A stretch of 64,000 nt of DNA from Nitrospirota bacterium (lineage in GTDB: Bacteria > Nitrospirota > Nitrospiria > Nitrospirales > Nitrospiraceae), in NCBI GenBank assembly GCA_963703955.1, contig CAVPGK010000011.1, forward strand, positions 224,001 through 288,000. The letters are read 5' to 3'. Shown in pieces: positions 1 to 9,904 of the stretch. The translations under genes and the position numbers were made by a program. Position 1 is the first letter of the stretch; each line of letters starts with the position of its first letter. Under the pieces are notes generated by a model. That model was not told the origin of the DNA and ran no database searches. It saw only the letters and a list, made by a program, of their open reading frames with translations.

Positions 1-1
1 C

Positions 2-664
2 CGACCTGCTAACGCAAGAAATGTGTACCTCTTGATTGGTTCCGAACGAGGGTTTTGCGGGGAGTTCAATGAGGTCCTGCTGGAGACGTTAGAAAGCCAT
101 CTGGAACAGCTGTCCGATACCAATCCTATCCTGATTACTGTCGGACTCAAGCTTGCGGTCAAACTGGCAGGCAATGCGCGCGTTGCTGCCTCCCTTGAGG
201 GACCAACTGTCGCTGAAGAGGTCCAACCAATTCTCATCCGCTTAATGGATACTCTCAGCGAAACGCAAGCCAAGCATAAGGCCTTTGGTCCCTTGACCCT
301 GACTGTGTTGTCTCACCATGTACACGAGCACGGAAGTGCGGTGCAGATTTTCCAGCCATTCGAAGCGTCTAGGCAGGAGCCCATTCGATTTCCCTCCCCG
401 CCTCTCTTGAATCTGGAGCCGCTCGCGTTTTGGGCTGAGCTGGTCGATCACTACCTTTTTGCGGTCCTTCATGAGCTGTTCTACAGCTCGCTCATGGCCG
501 AAAATCACCGTCGGTTCCAACACATGGATACTGCTATCCAGCGTATGGAGACAGAGCTGTCGGATTTGGCACGGAAGCGCAACATCCTCCACCAGGAAGA
601 GATTACTGAGGAAATTGAAGTGATTATGCTGAGTGTGGAAGCCCTCAAAAAAGCCCAACCATAG
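2..664 (+). CDS. atpG: F0F1 ATP synthase gamma subunit (alternative/N-type-like), 5'-truncated by window edge
   Basis: Motifs GSERGFCGEFN and SLMAENHRRFQHMD...HQEEITEEIEVI match the gamma subunit; the frame is open to the window start. Confidence 0.9.
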   Translation, partial: RPANARNVYLLIGSERGFCGEFNEVLLETLESHLEQLSDTNPILITVGLKLAVKLAGNARVAASLEGPTVAEEVQPILIRLMDTLSETQAKHKAFGPLTLTVLSHHVHEHGSAVQIFQPFEASRQEPIRFPSPPLLNLEPLAFWAELVDHYLFAVLHELFYSSLMAENHRRFQHMDTAIQRMETELSDLARKRNILHQEEITEEIEVIMLSVEALKKAQP

Positions 665-854
665 CCGGTCGTGGCTGTCGAAAAGACAAAGAGCCTCGTC
701 CATGGATTTGGCGGACAGACACATGCCTCAGACGATCTTAAGAGTCTTGGTCGGTTCACAGGCGCATGGGCTTGCGGGCGCTAACCGTGGAAGATTCTGC
801 AATACTGTCATTCCCAGATTCGATAGGCTGGCGTCACGGAAAGGAGACCGGGTA

Positions 855-1217
855 ATGAAAAAGACTGCGGTTGTCGCCGGTGTTTTGGGTATCATGCTCT
901 GCAGTGCGTGGGTCACCGCGCAAGGAGAAGGAGGACGGATCCGGATCGGGCAGGCCATCTACGAGGAACACTGCGCGCGCTGCCATGGCGAGACGGGCAA
1001 GGGAGACGGTCCTGACGCCATCACCTTGATCGTGCCGCCCGCGAATTTCCACACGGCGCGGTCCCGTTCCAAGACCGATTTCGAATTATTGACGACCATT
1101 GCGTATGGGATCGCCTTCAGCCCCATGCATGGATGGCAGGGCCGGATCACCGATGACGAGATGTTGGAGGTGGTCAGCTACATTCGGACGCTCGCGCCGT
1201 TCTACCCATCTCTCTGA
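855..1217 (+). CDS. Periplasmic monoheme cytochrome c
   Basis: RBS aaggag, signal peptide MKKTAVVAGVLG, CARCH heme motif, distal Met (SPMHGW); paralog of 16241-16603. Confidence 0.9.
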   Translation: MKKTAVVAGVLGIMLCSAWVTAQGEGGRIRIGQAIYEEHCARCHGETGKGDGPDAITLIVPPANFHTARSRSKTDFELLTTIAYGIAFSPMHGWQGRITDDEMLEVVSYIRTLAPFYPSL

Positions 1218-1287
1218 CTTGTTCCGGACGATCAAGTGGCTGACTCGACCGACTCTCCCGCGTCGTAAACTAGTGCCGCCTGATTTC

Positions 1288-2511
1288 ATGCATGGCCAAC
1301 GACCAACCCAGAGGCTCGTCTGGATCCTGGTGCTTTGGATACTTGGGAATATCGGGTCGGCCTCGGCACACGCGACCGATCTGCAGGACGCGCAACCCGA
1401 TCTCGAGGTCTTCGTCCGGACGGGTTGCCCTCACTGTTCCGCCGCCAAACTCTTTCTCAAAGACCTCCATCGTGAGCGGCCCGGCCTTCGCCTCGTCATC
1501 CATGACATTGGAAAAGACACTACTGCCCTTGCAAGGTTGAGCACACTGGCTACACAGCACGGTGTGCGTGTAATGGGGGTCCCTGCCTTTCATCTGCGCG
1601 GCGTGTTGATCATCGGCTACGCCGGCGCCGACACAACCGGCGCCTCTATCAAGGCCTTGTTGGACAGACCGATGACAAGCCCGGGAAAGCCGATGCCAGA
1701 AGGAGCGTGTGGTCCGGAAACAGCCACTCCGTGCGGCCAAGCCTTTGATCGCGCAGGGCCGGACACCGATGTTATTACGATTCCGTTCTTCGGTCGTGTC
1801 AGTGCGCGCGAGCTAGGCCTGCCGGCTTTCACGATCGCCATCGGGCTCCTGGACGGCTTCAATCCATGTGCCATGTGGGTGCTTTTGTTCTTGCTCTCGC
1901 TCCTAGCCAACCTCCACGACCGGTGGAAAATGGCGGTCGTCGCCGGAACGTTCGTGGCCATGAGCGGCTTGGTGTATTTTGCCTTCATGGCAGCTTGGCT
2001 CAACATCTTTCTCCTCATCGGCTTGTCCAGGGTAACGCAGGTGACGCTCGGCGGGATCGCCGGTCTCATCGGTGCTCTAAACGTCAAAGATTTTTTTGCC
2101 TACAAACGGGGCATCTCCCTCTCGATTCCCGACTCAGTCAAGCCGGGACTGTATGCACAGATACGTCGCGTGCTGCAGGCCGAGCATCTCCCCGGCGCGC
2201 TTATAAGCGTCATCGTGTTGGCTGCGCTCGTCAACCTCGTTGAACTGCTCTGTACGGCTGGATTCCCAGCGATCTACACTCAGATCCTTACTCAGCGGCA
2301 CCTGCCGCAATGGGAATACTATGGCTATCTCGGACTCTACAATCTGGCCTATGTGCTTGACGATAGTCTCATGGTGACGATTGCAGTGGTGACACTGGGA
2401 CAGCGGAAGCTCCAGGAACACGAAGGTCGCTGGCTCAAACTTGTGAGCGGGACGGTCATGTTGGGACTGAGTCTCATCTTGATCGCCGGACCCGAGTGGC
2501 TGACCAGGTAA
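1288..2511 (+). CDS. Glutaredoxin/NrdH-like domain fused to DsbD/CcdA-like membrane domain
   Basis: Signal-like N-terminus, CPHC motif, VPAF cis-Pro loop, then multi-TM region with DGFNPC and ELLCTAG conserved cysteines. Confidence 0.8.
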   Translation: MHGQRPTQRLVWILVLWILGNIGSASAHATDLQDAQPDLEVFVRTGCPHCSAAKLFLKDLHRERPGLRLVIHDIGKDTTALARLSTLATQHGVRVMGVPAFHLRGVLIIGYAGADTTGASIKALLDRPMTSPGKPMPEGACGPETATPCGQAFDRAGPDTDVITIPFFGRVSARELGLPAFTIAIGLLDGFNPCAMWVLLFLLSLLANLHDRWKMAVVAGTFVAMSGLVYFAFMAAWLNIFLLIGLSRVTQVTLGGIAGLIGALNVKDFFAYKRGISLSIPDSVKPGLYAQIRRVLQAEHLPGALISVIVLAALVNLVELLCTAGFPAIYTQILTQRHLPQWEYYGYLGLYNLAYVLDDSLMVTIAVVTLGQRKLQEHEGRWLKLVSGTVMLGLSLILIAGPEWLTR

Positions 2512-2570
2512 GATATCGAGCCGACCTGTGGGGATGGAGAAGTCGGATGGCTTGAACGAGAGGAGTGAAT

Positions 2571-3747
2571 ATGAAGTGGTCATTGACGGCAGGAATTCTG
2601 GTCGCCTCTCTACTGATCACTATGCCCGCCGATACGGGGGCGGACGATCAAGATCAGAGGACGGAGATCGGACCTCTTCGAAGGCATGTGATCGTGCCTG
2701 CTGGGCAGGTCATCAACCGTGATTATTTTGCGTTCGGCGAGATCGTCGAAATCTCAGGGACGGTGAACGGGGATGTCTATGCGGCCGGCGCTCACGTTGT
2801 CGTCGACGGCACCGTCAACGGGGATCTGTTGGCGGCGGGCGGAACGGTGACGATCTCGGGAACTGTGGCGCATGATGCGAGAGTGGCAGGAGGACAGGTC
2901 ACCATCAGCGGTCAGATCGGCGGGAATATGACTGTGGGGAGCGGCCATGTCGAACTGACGCCATCTGCCGTCATCCGAGGCAGCGCGGTCGCCGGGGGCG
3001 GCCATGTCGAACTGGCAGCTCCGGTCGAGCGCGATGTGAAAATCGGCGCCGGCACCGTGATCGTCTCGAATCGCATCGGAGGAAACATGACGGCCGCTGC
3101 TGGAACGATTCGTCTCACTTCAAAAGCGGTGGTCGCCGGCAATCTGATCTACTGGACTCACAACCTCGTCTCGATCGATGACCAGGCGAGCGTGCGGGGA
3201 AAGACTATTCGGCGCGAAATCCCCGAAGATGTCATGGGATCAATCCAGAACCTACTCGCCATCTTTGCCGGCTTAAAACTGGCGGTCACCGCGGCAAGTT
3301 TCGTGTCCACCCTCATTCTTGGGTTACTCCTTTTTCGGTTTTACCCGATCTCCACCCAGCAGGCTCTGGCCGCACCTCGCGGAGGAGCCGTTCACCTCGT
3401 TCGGCTTGGGAATGCTTGCGCTGATTCTCATTCCACTCATCGCGGGGTTGCTGGCCGTGACCGTCATCGGGCTTCCTCTCATGGTCATCCTGTTGGCTTG
3501 GTCCCTCATTGCCTTGTACCTGTCTCGCATCTTTGTCATCGCCTTCGCCAGCCAGAGGATCTTCAGATGGATGGGCGTCGGAGACGGTTGGACTTTTTTC
3601 TTCGGGCTCCTACTCTACTCTCTTCTGACGTTGGTCCCCATTCTTGGGCCCGTGGTGACGGTTCTGGCGATCGTATTTGGGCTGGGAGCGATTCTTCTTG
3701 CAAAGAAAGAGATCTACCGAGCTGCCAGGGCCGAGGGGTTGACCTAA
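2571..3747 (+). pseudogene. Polymer-forming (bactofilin-like beta-helix) membrane protein with one frameshift near 3370
   Basis: Signal peptide and G-x-V-x-G-D repeats in ORF 2565-3785; the hydrophobic C-terminal TM part continues in the 3319-3747 frame (LAEEPFTSFGLG...); may be a sequencing error. Confidence 0.7.
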
Positions 3748-4048
3748 CCTCGCATGATTCGAGAACAGGGCCAGATACGGGCTGACGATTACTTCAATAA
3801 GTCATCGCATGTTCATACATCTATACATTTATACATTAGCTCTCATCCTAACCCAGACCACTTCAGACCCTCGTAGGTCGCACCCCACTGCTTCACTCCA
3901 CGTCCCCCAACCGCAGGACGCAAGCGCGCTCCAAGCCTTCGTTCACTGGCCTCCGCTCCGTCCGTCGCCTTGGCCGCATGAAACCGTAGGTTGGTCTATA
4001 GGTAACTCGCAGACAACGTCGAGCGCGGGGCAAGAGCGTGCATTTTGA

Positions 4049-4076
4049 TTGACGATCAGCCCGGATGACCTATACT
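4049..4076 (+). promoter_or_regulatory. Sigma70-like promoter
   Basis: TTGACG-N16-TATACT upstream of the ATPase at 4155. Confidence 0.55.
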
Positions 4077-4154
4077 TGAGGTGCAATCTCGATTATCTCA
4101 GCAAGGGGAAAACCTGCCCGCTATCGCTAACGACCCCTCCTCTTCACAGAAGCC

Positions 4155-5906
4155 ATGCCGAAAACTCTAAGAAAAACAACGGAGCTGGGCGCGTTCGATT
4201 ATCTGTTGGCCACAAACCAGATCACGCAGGCCGACCTCAACGACGCGGTTGTCGAGGCATCCAGAGGGCGGGCAGATCTCGAAGCGCTCCTCATCGAGAA
4301 GTACAACATTCCCAAAGGCGAACTTGGAGCCTCGCTGAGCCAGTTCTATCAATGCCCTTACATTGGGTACAACGAGCGCATGCTCCCCGACCTTGAGCTA
4401 TTGAAGAACCTGAGCGTGGACTATCTCAAAAAGAATTGTTGGATCCCCCTCAAACGTGAACACAAGATCCTCGATATTCTCATCGACGACCCCCATGACA
4501 TCGACAAGGGCATGGATATCCGGAGGGCGTTTCCCGGCCTGAGCATTCGGTTCGCGGTCGGCCTGCGCCGCGACATTCTCAAGTTCCTGGTGGCAGCCAC
4601 GGGCCATGAGGACGGCTCCTCCATTACCGAGATTCTCGGCGAGCTGGTCAATGAGGCTCAGCAGGATCAACCGCTGGATATCGCCAACGGACCGATCGAT
4701 GAGAACGACAGCGCCATTGTCCGTCTGGCCAACCAGATCATTGCGGATGCGTACCGGCTTGACGTCTCAGATATACACATCGAGCCCTATTCCGACAAGA
4801 AGGAAACGGTCGTCCGCTTCCGGGTGGACGGGACCTGTTTCAAGTACATGACGATCCCTGCAAGCTACCGGCGCGCCATCGTCTCCCGGCTTAAGATCAT
4901 GGCCAACCTCGATATAGCTGAACGTCGCAAGCCGCAGGACGGCAAGATCAGGTATAAGCTCGGCCGGGACAATGAGGTCGAGCTTCGAGTGGCCACGATT
5001 CCGACCGCCGGGCACAACGAGGACGTGGCCATGCGAGTCTTGACGGCCAAGGAACCGATGCCTCTTGAAGCGATGGAGTTTTCCCGACGGAGCCTTGAGC
5101 TACTCAAGCGGGTCGTTGAGAAGCCGTACGGCATTATCTTGTGCGTGGGACCGACTGGTTCCGGCAAGACGACAACCTTGCACGCCCTGCTGAACTCGAT
5201 CAACACGGATGAACGGAAGATTTGGACCGCTGAAGATCCGATTGAGATCACGCAGGATGGTCTCCGCCAGGTCCAGGTCCACCCGAAAATCGGGTTCACC
5301 TTCGCCGCAGCCCTGCGCGCCTTCCTGCGGGCCGATCCTGACGTGATCATGATCGGGGAGATGCGCGACAAGGAAACCGCCGACATTGCGATTGAAGCTT
5401 CGCTCACCGGTCATCTGGTGCTCAGCACGCTGCATACGAACAGTTCGGTTGAGACCGTCACACGCCTCTTGGATCTGGGGTGTGATTCCTTCAACTTCGC
5501 CGACGCGATGTTGGGCATCATCGCCAAGCGGCTGTGTAAGCGAATATGCCAGTCATGCAAGGAACCCTACCAGCCGTCGAAGCAGGAGTATGAGGAGTTG
5601 GTTCACGGGTATGGGGCTGAATATTGGAAGAGGACGGGGATCGAATACGACACCGACTTGAAACTGTACCGAGGGAAAGGCTGCGAGGCGTGCAATCATG
5701 CGGGATATAAGGGCCGGATCGCCTTGCACGAGATCCTGCTCGGCACAGAGGAAATGAAAACCATGATCCAAGCCAATGCCCGGACTAAGGCCCTGTTCAA
5801 GCAGGCTCTCGACGACGGCATGACTACCCTGGTTCAGGACGGGATCGAGAAGGTACTGCAGGGCCACACGACCTACAAACAGGTCAAGTCGGTGGCCATC
5901 AAGTGA
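4155..5906 (+). CDS. GspE/PulE/PilB family secretion/pilus assembly ATPase
   Basis: SDIHIEP, ERRKPQDG, Walker A GPTGSGKTT, LRADPDVIMIGEMRD, HLVLSTLHTN, two CxxC pairs. Confidence 0.95.
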   Translation: MPKTLRKTTELGAFDYLLATNQITQADLNDAVVEASRGRADLEALLIEKYNIPKGELGASLSQFYQCPYIGYNERMLPDLELLKNLSVDYLKKNCWIPLKREHKILDILIDDPHDIDKGMDIRRAFPGLSIRFAVGLRRDILKFLVAATGHEDGSSITEILGELVNEAQQDQPLDIANGPIDENDSAIVRLANQIIADAYRLDVSDIHIEPYSDKKETVVRFRVDGTCFKYMTIPASYRRAIVSRLKIMANLDIAERRKPQDGKIRYKLGRDNEVELRVATIPTAGHNEDVAMRVLTAKEPMPLEAMEFSRRSLELLKRVVEKPYGIILCVGPTGSGKTTTLHALLNSINTDERKIWTAEDPIEITQDGLRQVQVHPKIGFTFAAALRAFLRADPDVIMIGEMRDKETADIAIEASLTGHLVLSTLHTNSSVETVTRLLDLGCDSFNFADAMLGIIAKRLCKRICQSCKEPYQPSKQEYEELVHGYGAEYWKRTGIEYDTDLKLYRGKGCEACNHAGYKGRIALHEILLGTEEMKTMIQANARTKALFKQALDDGMTTLVQDGIEKVLQGHTTYKQVKSVAIK

Positions 5907-5953
5907 CCCTCGTTCCCAACCTCCTCTCGCCTGGGTCGGGCGCCTTGGAAACA

Positions 5954-6277
5954 TCACCCATTGGTGAGTCCCGCCTCGAGCCCTTTGGCTGCCTGACGGA
6001 GTCGTTCCTGAGCTTCAGGCTTGAGACGGATAAATTCAACGCCGAATTTCTGATCAGTACGCCAGCGAACCGCAGCCAACTCCACCTCGACCGGCAAGCC
6101 CTCATCGGACAAGTGAATGGAGAGGGACACATAGGCCCCTTTCGTGACGCTGATCTCACTGCCCAACGCACAACCTTCCTTCGAGAGGTTGAAGACTATT
6201 CCTTCGCCGGTAAAGTGATCTCCTGAAAAAGACACAGGGAGTTGCACGGCAAAGCGAGGGTACTTGCGTAACTCCAT
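5954..6277 (-). CDS. Stand-alone PilZ domain protein
   Basis: RKYPR (RxxxR) and NLSKEG (NxSxxG) c-di-GMP motifs, FGVEF. Confidence 0.85.
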   Translation of the reverse strand: MELRKYPRFAVQLPVSFSGDHFTGEGIVFNLSKEGCALGSEISVTKGAYVSLSIHLSDEGLPVEVELAAVRWRTDQKFGVEFIRLKPEAQERLRQAAKGLEAGLTNG

Positions 6278-6526
6278 CTGGTCCTCACTCTTTGTGATGA
6301 ACTGACCGTACTTGACTATCGGACTCGGGCCTGCATGCGGCGGCAAGTCTAGCGCGTGATGTCTCAAAAGGCCAGCCCGAAGGAGGTCTTAAGTCTCTAC
6401 GCCCATGCGCATAAGTTGCCGAATCGTTAGGCTTCTTGACCAGATAGGAAGTGTTGATATCCTGAATAGAGAGCAGGAGTTCGACTTCAAGATTTTGGCT
6501 AGAGCGCAGCCTTCGAAGGAGCCACT

Positions 6527-6832
6527 ATGGACCTCCGAACTTCCCCGCGCATTCCGGTTCAGTGCCCGACTGTTTTTTCAGGGGATCACATTGTCGGAGA
6601 AGGGGTGGTCGTCAACCTCTCGGTGCCTGGCTGTGCAATCAAGACTTCTAAGGTATTACGAAAAGGTGATTACCTCGAACTACGGGTCCTGATTCCTGAT
6701 CAGACCGCCCCCTTGGCAGTTGATCTGGCGAAAGTTCGCTGGGAACACAATGGTCATTTCGGGCTCCAATTCATTCGGATGCGTCCGAGCGACCAACATC
6801 GGCTCGCTCAACTCCTGACAGAATCCTCGTAG
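6527..6832 (+). CDS. Stand-alone PilZ domain protein
   Basis: RTSPR and NLSVPG motifs, FGLQF; paralog of the divergent neighbour. Confidence 0.85.
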   Translation: MDLRTSPRIPVQCPTVFSGDHIVGEGVVVNLSVPGCAIKTSKVLRKGDYLELRVLIPDQTAPLAVDLAKVRWEHNGHFGLQFIRMRPSDQHRLAQLLTESS

Positions 6833-7065
6833 TAGTTCCCTCTTCATGAATCCTGACAAAGGGCTGTCCGACCGGCGTTGACGACGCTGAACGTGAGGCA
6901 GCATCGCGCTGTGTAAGGATGACGGTGCCTGCCAATGCCTCGCAGGCCGTTCTTACTTGATCACCTCTCCCTAACCGTTTCTTTGCATGAGGAGTCAGGA
7001 GAGGCGGTTCGGCTTCGGCGAGCCAGCCAGACGACCGTCAAATCCGCCAAACCGGGGATGGTCTG

Positions 7066-7614
7066 TCATTGGCTCTCCCTCTCCATCGGCATGCCCATTG
7101 ACTCGTGGGAATCCTCTCGATCCATGCCGCCCATCCGCCCGCGCGCGCCCATGGGACCATGCGGGCCGACCATGACCGCCAGCGAAGCTCCGCTCGTACT
7201 GAATGATGGTCCAAATCTCTTCATCCGACAGCACGTACCGAATCCAATCATGCCGGTAGCGGGTGATCCGTTCTTGATGACCCAGAAGATTTCTCCTTCG
7301 GTCCGATGCCGCCAGAACCCATGATGTCGGAAATCCCGCGGCGAGGGGTCCAAGCCCATAGCGGCCGCACCATCGCCTCGTCCGCTCGCTCCATGACAGT
7401 TCGCGCACGTGCCTTTGCCCTGATAGAGGGCTTTGCCTTTTTCGACGATCTCGGATGACTCCGGCAAGGGACTGATTAAGGCGCGGGCCTCCTCGATCCG
7501 ATCAGGGGGCACCCTGGGCGCCATCGGGTGGCGTTCAGCGGCAACCGATGAAGAGGCTGATTCCAATACAAGCGCGAACAGTGCGACAGTCGCATGACCA
7601 CGTATGGTTCTCAT
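7066..7614 (-). pseudogene. Monoheme cytochrome c, paralog of 9308-9904, with two apparent frameshifts
   Basis: CANCH, PRDFRHHGFWRHRTEGEIFWVIKNG; the segment LSDEEIWTIIQYERSF lies in another frame (shifts near 7236 and 7170), then a Gly/Met-rich tail. Confidence 0.75.
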
Positions 7615-7624
7615 CGAAAAGGTC

Positions 7625-7870
7625 CTATGAGGTCGAGCCGACATGGATGGCGACTTTCGGGGGAACCACCAAAGACTGATGCACCGTGCATCCATGTCAA
7701 CTTTCAGCAACTTCTCTTGGTGAGATGGCGCGAGGTCTGTCGGAAGGTGAAGCACAGCTCCACCGCTCCCACCCGATGGGGCTGTTCGGCCATTGTCCAG
7801 CCAACGTCGATCGTGAAACCCGCGGTCGGAATCTGATGCCTGACGGAATAGCCTCTGACTAAGAACCGAC
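7625..7870 (-). pseudogene. OsmC family remnant (5'-truncated, frameshifted)
   Basis: RHQIPTAGFTIDVGWTMAEQPHRVGAV / VLHLPTDLAPSHQEKLLKV / HGCTVHQSLVVPPKV across three frames closely match the C-terminal half of OsmC at 15465-15881. Confidence 0.8.
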
Positions 7871-7985
7871 ACCCTAGCTCGGTCTGTTGTCTCACACGGT
7901 TGCAGCCGGAGGGCCACAACCGCCCGCCCTTTCCGAGACCTTCTCAGGAGGATGATGCATCAAGGAGCCCTGCCCACTCCATGCT

Positions 7986-8549
7986 TCACGAGTGGTCGTC
8001 CTCCGAGTCTGCCCCCTCTGCCGCTCGCACATGGGCCTTGCACGGCTCGGAAGACAGAGGGACTCGCGGTTCGTTCTCTTCCCACTTTCCTGGCCTGGCG
8101 CCGACGGCCTTCAGCAGGCACTCAGCCGTGGCTAGCAATTCCTTGAGCCGACGCCCTGGTTTCGCGCCGAAGCGCTCTCGATCGAAGATCGGCACCTGCA
8201 GGCAGACCTCAGCGCGCCGTCGCCGTTCCGGCGAATAGATCACCCGAGGAACCGGCGGATCTGGATATTCGCACGGCTTGAGAAGATCAAGCGATTGGAA
8301 GAAGACTCGGCAGAGCCGCTGGAGATCCCGCACGATTTCCCGATGCTCCTCGTCATCGCCCGTCGGCAGGTGGTGCGGGTCCTGAAACCCCGCATAGAGA
8401 TTCAACTGAAACCCGATCTGGGCCATCACGCCGGTCCCGTCCATCACGTAAAACGGATCGTGATCGAAGCAGACCTTTCGCATGGCGATCATCTCGCGCA
8501 GTGACGCTTCGTTCAGGAAGGCGCCGTCCACATTCAGCGGAATTGTCAT
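7986..8549 (-). CDS. Hypothetical protein
   Basis: 187-aa ORF with RBS gggag, co-oriented in the operon. Confidence 0.65.
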   Translation of the reverse strand: MTIPLNVDGAFLNEASLREMIAMRKVCFDHDPFYVMDGTGVMAQIGFQLNLYAGFQDPHHLPTGDDEEHREIVRDLQRLCRVFFQSLDLLKPCEYPDPPVPRVIYSPERRRRAEVCLQVPIFDRERFGAKPGRRLKELLATAECLLKAVGARPGKWEENEPRVPLSSEPCKAHVRAAEGADSEDDHS

Positions 8550-8562
8550 CGCCGATCTCCCG

Positions 8563-9057
8563 TCAAAGATTCTTCGCAAGCTTATACTCGAGGTGACACG
8601 CGACGCAGGCCTTCAATACGTTGTCGAGCTTCGGAAGGATCTGCTTGAAGTCCTTCGTCGGCATCACGCGCGCCAACCCTTCCGCCGCCTCATGATGGAC
8701 CATGGCCAAGTCGTGATAGGACGGCGGAAAGTCCTCCGGCTTCTGCCGCAACATGGCCTGTCGGTGCATGAAGAAACCCAAGTGCGTCTCGGTCAATCGT
8801 TGGGCCCTCTCGAAATCCTCCCGACCCAAGGCAGCCACGATCTGCTGCACGGATTCCAAGTGCTGAAGCATGACGGCCCGATGCTCTGTTCTGCTCTCGG
8901 GCGCCAACGGGATTTGCGCTCTGGTGTCGGGTAAGGGAACGGCTCTGGGGAGCCCTTGACCGGAACGGCCGGTTCCTTCCGCGCACCCGTATGCAATGGA
9001 ACCCGCGAGCGCGAGCGACAGGACACCTAAAACCGCCCCCCTGATCCCTTTCCTCAC
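8563..9057 (-). CDS. Class II (c'-type) cytochrome c, possible lipoprotein
   Basis: C-terminal CVACH after a helical region; N-terminal hydrophobic segment ending IAYGC; start uncertain (9057 GTG or 9078). Confidence 0.8.
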   Translation of the reverse strand: MRKGIRGAVLGVLSLALAGSIAYGCAEGTGRSGQGLPRAVPLPDTRAQIPLAPESRTEHRAVMLQHLESVQQIVAALGREDFERAQRLTETHLGFFMHRQAMLRQKPEDFPPSYHDLAMVHHEAAEGLARVMPTKDFKQILPKLDNVLKACVACHLEYKLAKNL

Positions 9058-9067
9058 GATTCCCTCG

Positions 9068-9277
9068 TCATGATGCACGGGCAGTCCCGCAGGTCTTCGT
9101 GCCCGTGACTCGGAAAACCAATTCCCCGTGCAAGCTGAGCGGCATCCCGCTTTCGATGTCCAGCCGATTTTCGGCGCGAGGTTGACTCGTTTCAGCAGAC
9201 ACCAGCAAGGTTCCCGACGTCCAGAGGAACATCCAGCACAACCAGATCCCAGCCAATAGCTTCGCGATGTCCTTCAT
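9068..9277 (-). CDS. Small secreted hypothetical protein (possibly a gene fragment)
   Basis: Signal-peptide-like N-terminus; fills the gap between co-oriented genes. Confidence 0.4.
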   Translation of the reverse strand: MKDIAKLLAGIWLCWMFLWTSGTLLVSAETSQPRAENRLDIESGMPLSLHGELVFRVTGTKTCGTARAS

Positions 9278-9307
9278 CCGATCACCGAGTGGTAATCATG
9301 CCAAGAC

Positions 9308-9904
9308 CTACCGTGTGGCTTCAGGCTTGTCGCAGCACTCGCCTTCGCCTCGACCCATCCCGCCCCTCGCACCATGTGACCCCATCTCACCCATTTCGCT
9401 GCGTGGTGTCATACGGCCCATTCCCTCTCGGGGACCCATTCCACGGCCTGGGCCGCTGTCACCGCCGAAACTGCGCTCGTATTGAATGATCGCCCAGATT
9501 TCATCGTCCGTAAGCATGCCGCCGAACGGAATCATCGCCGTGCCGGCGATGCCATGCTTGATCACCCAGAAAATCTCGCCCTCTGTCCGGTGCCGCCATA
9601 ACCCGTGATGATGAAAATTGCGCGGTGAGGGATCGAGTCCGACCGCTGCTGGACCGTTGCCCATGCCGTCTTTGCCATGGCAGTTGAAACATGTTCCTTT
9701 CCCGCTGTAGAGCGCCTTACCCTTCTCGATGATGTCAGGCGAGTCCACCAGCGGGCTCTTCAAGGCGCGTGCTTCCTCCAGTTTGTCGGTGGGCACCCGC
9801 GGCGGCATCACATGACGCTCCGCCCCGGACAATATGCCAGCGCTGCCGAGCGCAAGCGCACCGACCAGGGCTCCAACCACGACCTGCCATGCGTCGCTTT
9901 TCAT
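9308..9904 (-). CDS. Periplasmic monoheme cytochrome c with Gly/Met-rich tail
   Basis: Signal peptide, CFNCH, PRNF...EIFWVIKHG...AMIPF; ATGA overlap with the upstream gene. Confidence 0.9.
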   Translation of the reverse strand: MKSDAWQVVVGALVGALALGSAGILSGAERHVMPPRVPTDKLEEARALKSPLVDSPDIIEKGKALYSGKGTCFNCHGKDGMGNGPAAVGLDPSPRNFHHHGLWRHRTEGEIFWVIKHGIAGTAMIPFGGMLTDDEIWAIIQYERSFGGDSGPGRGMGPREGMGRMTPRSEMGEMGSHGARGGMGRGEGECCDKPEATR

